Assembly: GCA_002269645.1 (NCBI GenBank)
Contig: NIVC01000478.1
Location: forward strand, 19,032-83,031
DNA length: 64,000 bases
Reading direction: 5' to 3'
Source: Macrostomum lignano
Lineage: Eukaryota
The notes below the pieces were generated by a model. That model worked only from the letters and a program-made list of their open reading frames with translations, ran no database searches and was not told the origin of the DNA. The first letter of the stretch is position 1, and each line of letters opens with the position of its first letter. This document shows, piece after piece, positions 60,539 through 64,000 of this stretch. A program made the position numbers and the translations under genes.

Positions 60539-62848
60539 ATGAGCAGCAGCCGACCAAATCAGCCAGGCAAATCCGGCGCAGCTGCCTCGTCATCATCGTC
60601 GTCAAAGTCAACAAAAACGGTTGCTAAGCGAGGCGCCGCTGGACCGGCCGCCGGTCGGGGTCGCGGGCTTCCAACAGACGGGCAGGGCAACCTGATTCCC
60701 GGCCGCTACCAGCTGCCTGGCGGTGAGCTCCGAGTTAACAAAATCCAGCGTGCCGAGCAGTACAATGTGCTTGCCGTTGCCAAGGCGATGAATGGGGCGG
60801 AGTTGGCGCCCAAGGTGAAGCAGCTGTTCGAGCCGGAGATGCGAGCGGTTGAGGAGGCCAAGGTTAGAGAGGGAGAGCTAAGTTCATTCAGCTGATACTT
60901 TTGACTGTACTAGCAATCAGCGCCCCCCCGTTAGGGAGCCAACAAAGAATGGAATGAACTTTTTTGAATGAACAACATGTAGCTTCTGACCTCTCAGCAA
61001 TTTTCCCCGTAAGCCTTGATATCTCAGCAATTCCCTCAGTAAGCCTTGGCATCTCAGAAATTCCCTCAGTAAGCCTTGGCATCTCAGCAATTCCCTCAGT
61101 AAGCCTTGGCATCTCAGCAATTCCCCCTGTAAGCTACCAGATTGTCTACTTGCCTACCAGACTATCCTGCTAGTCTACTAGGCCATCTGATAGACTCCCC
61201 TGCATGCTTACCAGATAATCTACCAGACACCTACCTGTCGCTACCCCCATGCAGGCCAGCGGCTGGTATTTCTCCTGGCGACCCCGGAGCCGCCCTACGA
61301 CAAGCAGGACTGCCAGCGCGTCCACTCCGGCTCCCGCTGCTTCTGCGGCCACAACCTCGCCGAGCACAAGCAGCCTGGCGGCCGGCCCTCCAGCTGCCGT
61401 GTCAGCACTGCAAATGCGCCAACTTCGAATGGGTGCCAACCAGACCGGAGGAGGCCGGCGAGTTCTGGTTGAAACGGCGTCGCGATTTCGATCCGGCCAG
61501 TTGGCGGGCAAAGTGCCGGTGCAAACACACGCACGAGGAGCATAGGTGAGAGATTTAGACGAATATTGATCAATATTGTTGCTTTAGTCGGTTTGCTAAA
61601 CACTACTGATAGTAAAAACATTAGAAAATTACATCTAGCATTGTACATTATTTATTGAAATTTATTTACTACACTACTTATAGTAAAATAAATCATTTTT
61701 TTCATTGAGTTTTGTAGTGATATAAAAGGATAGAGTGGCTAAGGCGTGTCAGTGGCATTGCAGCAAATTGTCCCATGACCCTACGGGAGTAGACACTTAA
61801 ACCTTACTGCAATTCTTAATCCATGATCGAGTTCTGATTGCATTTCCTGGATAAAATCCAAATTCAAAATGTCCCGATTCCTAATCCCTGAATCTCAATT
61901 TCCAATTTCCCGATTCCCAATTCCCCGTTTCCCGATTCCCCTATTCCCCAATTCCCCGTTTCCCGATTCCCGATTCCCAAGTCCCTAAATCCCAATTTCC
62001 TGATTCCTAATTCCCCGATTCCCAATCGTTTCCCAATACCCCGATTCCTAATTCCTCGCTTTCAAATTTCCCTTCCCTCATTCCCTAATTCCCTTTCCCT
62101 CATTTCCCTTTCCCTCATTTCCCTTTCCCTCATTTCCCTTTCCCTCATTTCCCTTTCCCTCATTTCCCTTTCCCTCATTTCCCTTTCCCTCATTTCCCTT
62201 TCCCTCATTTCCCTTTCCCTCATTTCCCTTTCCCTCATTTCCCTTTCCCTCATTTCCCTTTCCCTCATTTCCCTTTCCCTCATTTCCCTTTCCCTCATTT
62301 CCCTTTCCCTCATTTCCCTTTTTCCTAATTCCACAATTCCCAACACCCCGATTCCCTGATTCCCCGAATCCCAATTCCCCCATTGATCCCAATAGCCCCG
62401 AATCCCAATGCACCGATATCCATTACCCCATTCCCTCGATTCCCATTCTCCCAATTCCCAATTCCCCAATGTCTCAATTCCATATCGTGATGGCAAATCC
62501 AAACCCGACTCTCCCCCTCTCGCACCCCAGAAGCGACACCCGGCAGCACCAGTGCCGCTCCTGCCCCTGCGGCGCCTTCAATTCCGTTTTCGTGTGCGCC
62601 GCCTGCGACCAGTCGTGGGAGAAGCACGAAACCGTCTTCGAGACCGAGCGGAGCGTCTCGACGCTGGGCGTCCAGTTGGCGACGACTGGATCCCGTTCGC
62701 CGAGATGGAGGAGGTGCGCACCATGGTGCTGCACGGCCGAGACGACGGCCCGTCAGGCGCCGCCGCTCTGCCCGACCCGGCAAACCCGGGGGCAGCCAGG
62801 CGAGGAGGCGGTGGCGGCGGCGGTGGCTTCAGGCCCACCTACGACTGA
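60539..62848 (+). CDS. FAM221B: FAM221B-like protein (DUF4475 family); exons 60539-60862, 61255-61545, 62531-62848; three 1-nt frameshifts (~61283, ~61405, ~62651)
   Basis: YNVLAVAKAM, GWYFSWR, SRCFCGHNLAEH, CKCANFEWVPTRPEEAGEFWLKRRRDFDPASWRAKCRCKHTHEEH, CGAFNSVFVCAACDQSWEKHETVFET and GRPVGDDWIPFAEM match FAM221B. GT-AG junctions. Confidence 0.85.
60995..61240. repeat. 30-bp repeat (AGTAAGCCTTGGCATCTCAGCAATTCCCTC x~5) plus CTACCAG repeats in FAM221B intron 1
   Basis: Seen directly. Confidence 0.85.
61870..62470. repeat. Pyrimidine-rich array with a perfect 15-bp core TTTCCCTTTCCCTCA in FAM221B intron 2
   Basis: Seen directly. Confidence 0.93.
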
Positions 62849-63539
62849 CTGATCGAGCGCTATGGAAAAATAAATAGAAATTAATTCTTTTCAATCATCG
62901 ATGCTTACTTCAAGTAGTTGGCTGCGAATAATGTATTCATTTTTTTCGCAAAATTGTTTTGGTACCAAAAATACAATTAATCTGTTTAGTTCGATGTACA
63001 ATAATTGTCGAAGGCAGAGCGCGTTGTGCCATAGACTAATTCGGTCGCTAAAGAGCTAAAACATACAGCGATACGTTCCAGATCATTTTTAAGAAAACCG
63101 AATGTAGCTATGGTGAGAACAATATCAAACGCCAATATGAACGAACTGTTTTCTCGTTTTAAATATTATAGCAACAGATGCACTTAGTTTTAATTTGTAC
63201 AGCTACAAGTATTTTTATATTTTTTTCAACTGGTTTTTCTGATGCTCAATGCAGCTTTGATCATTTGTACCGTTTTAAAAAATTCCAATGAGAAAATAAA
63301 TTTTATAGATATCTAAATCGATTGTTATCGATTGATAATATTTTATAATGAATTATATGCGCTTAATAGAAACAAACGTTTTTTTTATATTTTGCACGAA
63401 ATTTATGTGACTTTTCTACTTAAAGTTAGTTAAAGTCAGCTGTTTGAAATTGTATGCAATTTATAAGGTAAGGTAAGGTAAAATTTATAAGGTAAATTTC
63501 TACGAATACGAGTATAGCTACCTGTAGTTTAAACTGAAC

Positions 63540-63926
63540 ATTGACAGGATAGCGTCACCTGTTAGACAGAGGATAGTGTCACCTGTTCGACAGAGGATAG
63601 TGTCACCTGTTAGACAGAGGACAGTGTCACCTGTTAGACAGAGGATAGTGTCACCTGTTAGACAGAGGATAGTGTCACCTGTTAGACAGAGGATAATGTC
63701 ACCTGTTAGACAGAGCATAGTGTCACCTGTTAGACAGAGGATAGTGTCACCTGTTAGACAGAGGATAGTGTCACCTGTTAGACAGAGGATAGTGTCACCT
63801 GTTAGACAGAGCATAGTGTCACCTGTTAGACAGAGGATAGTGTCACCTGTTAGACAGAGGATAGTGTCACCTGTTAGACAGAGGATAGTGTCACCTGTTA
63901 GACAGAGGATAGTGTCACCTGTTAGA
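63540..63926. repeat. 24-bp minisatellite ACAGAGGATAGTGTCACCTGTTAG, ~16 copies
   Basis: Seen directly. Confidence 0.96.
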
Positions 63927-64000
63927 CGTAAAGATTACGTCGGTCTCTGGCTGGTGCGGTAGCTGAACTTCTCTTGCGGCCAAGATCCCTATTATCTAGA

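Noticed and set aside
51100-62660. Programmed ribosomal frameshifting as the explanation for the indels
   Set aside because: No shared slippery heptamer or stop-adjacent motif; all sites fit run-length consensus errors.

Overview
Eukaryotic (metazoan) genomic DNA in the standard code. Intron-poor GC-rich exons, repeat-filled introns and splice-acceptor-like sites just upstream of start codons suggest a macrostomid-like flatworm; this is an inference, not confirmed. Five intact conserved genes were reconstructed exon by exon: STX5 (-), UPRT (-), BTF3 (-), SNRPE (+) and GNPDA (+). ANKEF1 (-, 8 exons) and a FAM221B-like gene (+, 3 exons) each carry 1-nt frameshifts, most likely consensus errors. 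There is also a disrupted C-type lectin gene and an intron-containing RPA70-like pseudogene. Mobile DNA includes three hAT non-autonomous elements with perfect 8-bp TSDs, a Mariner derivative with 221-bp TIRs, a Mariner remnant interrupted by a TAG..CTA element with a 3-bp TSD, a Gypsy integrase relic and an LTR/PBS(tRNA-Leu) relic. About 28 tandem arrays are present, and every intron of the seven main genes contains its own array. The most notable signals are: (1) TE-rich blocks stripped of CpG and showing CpA/other C->T changes (RIP-like hypermutation) next to CpG-rich genes and younger insertions; (2) an LTR relic with tandem PBS units plus colinear pieces of most of the primer tRNA-Leu; (3) one minisatellite in inverted orientation on both sides of GNPDA exon 1; (4) the intron-private minisatellite architecture. 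All counts were made by eye.
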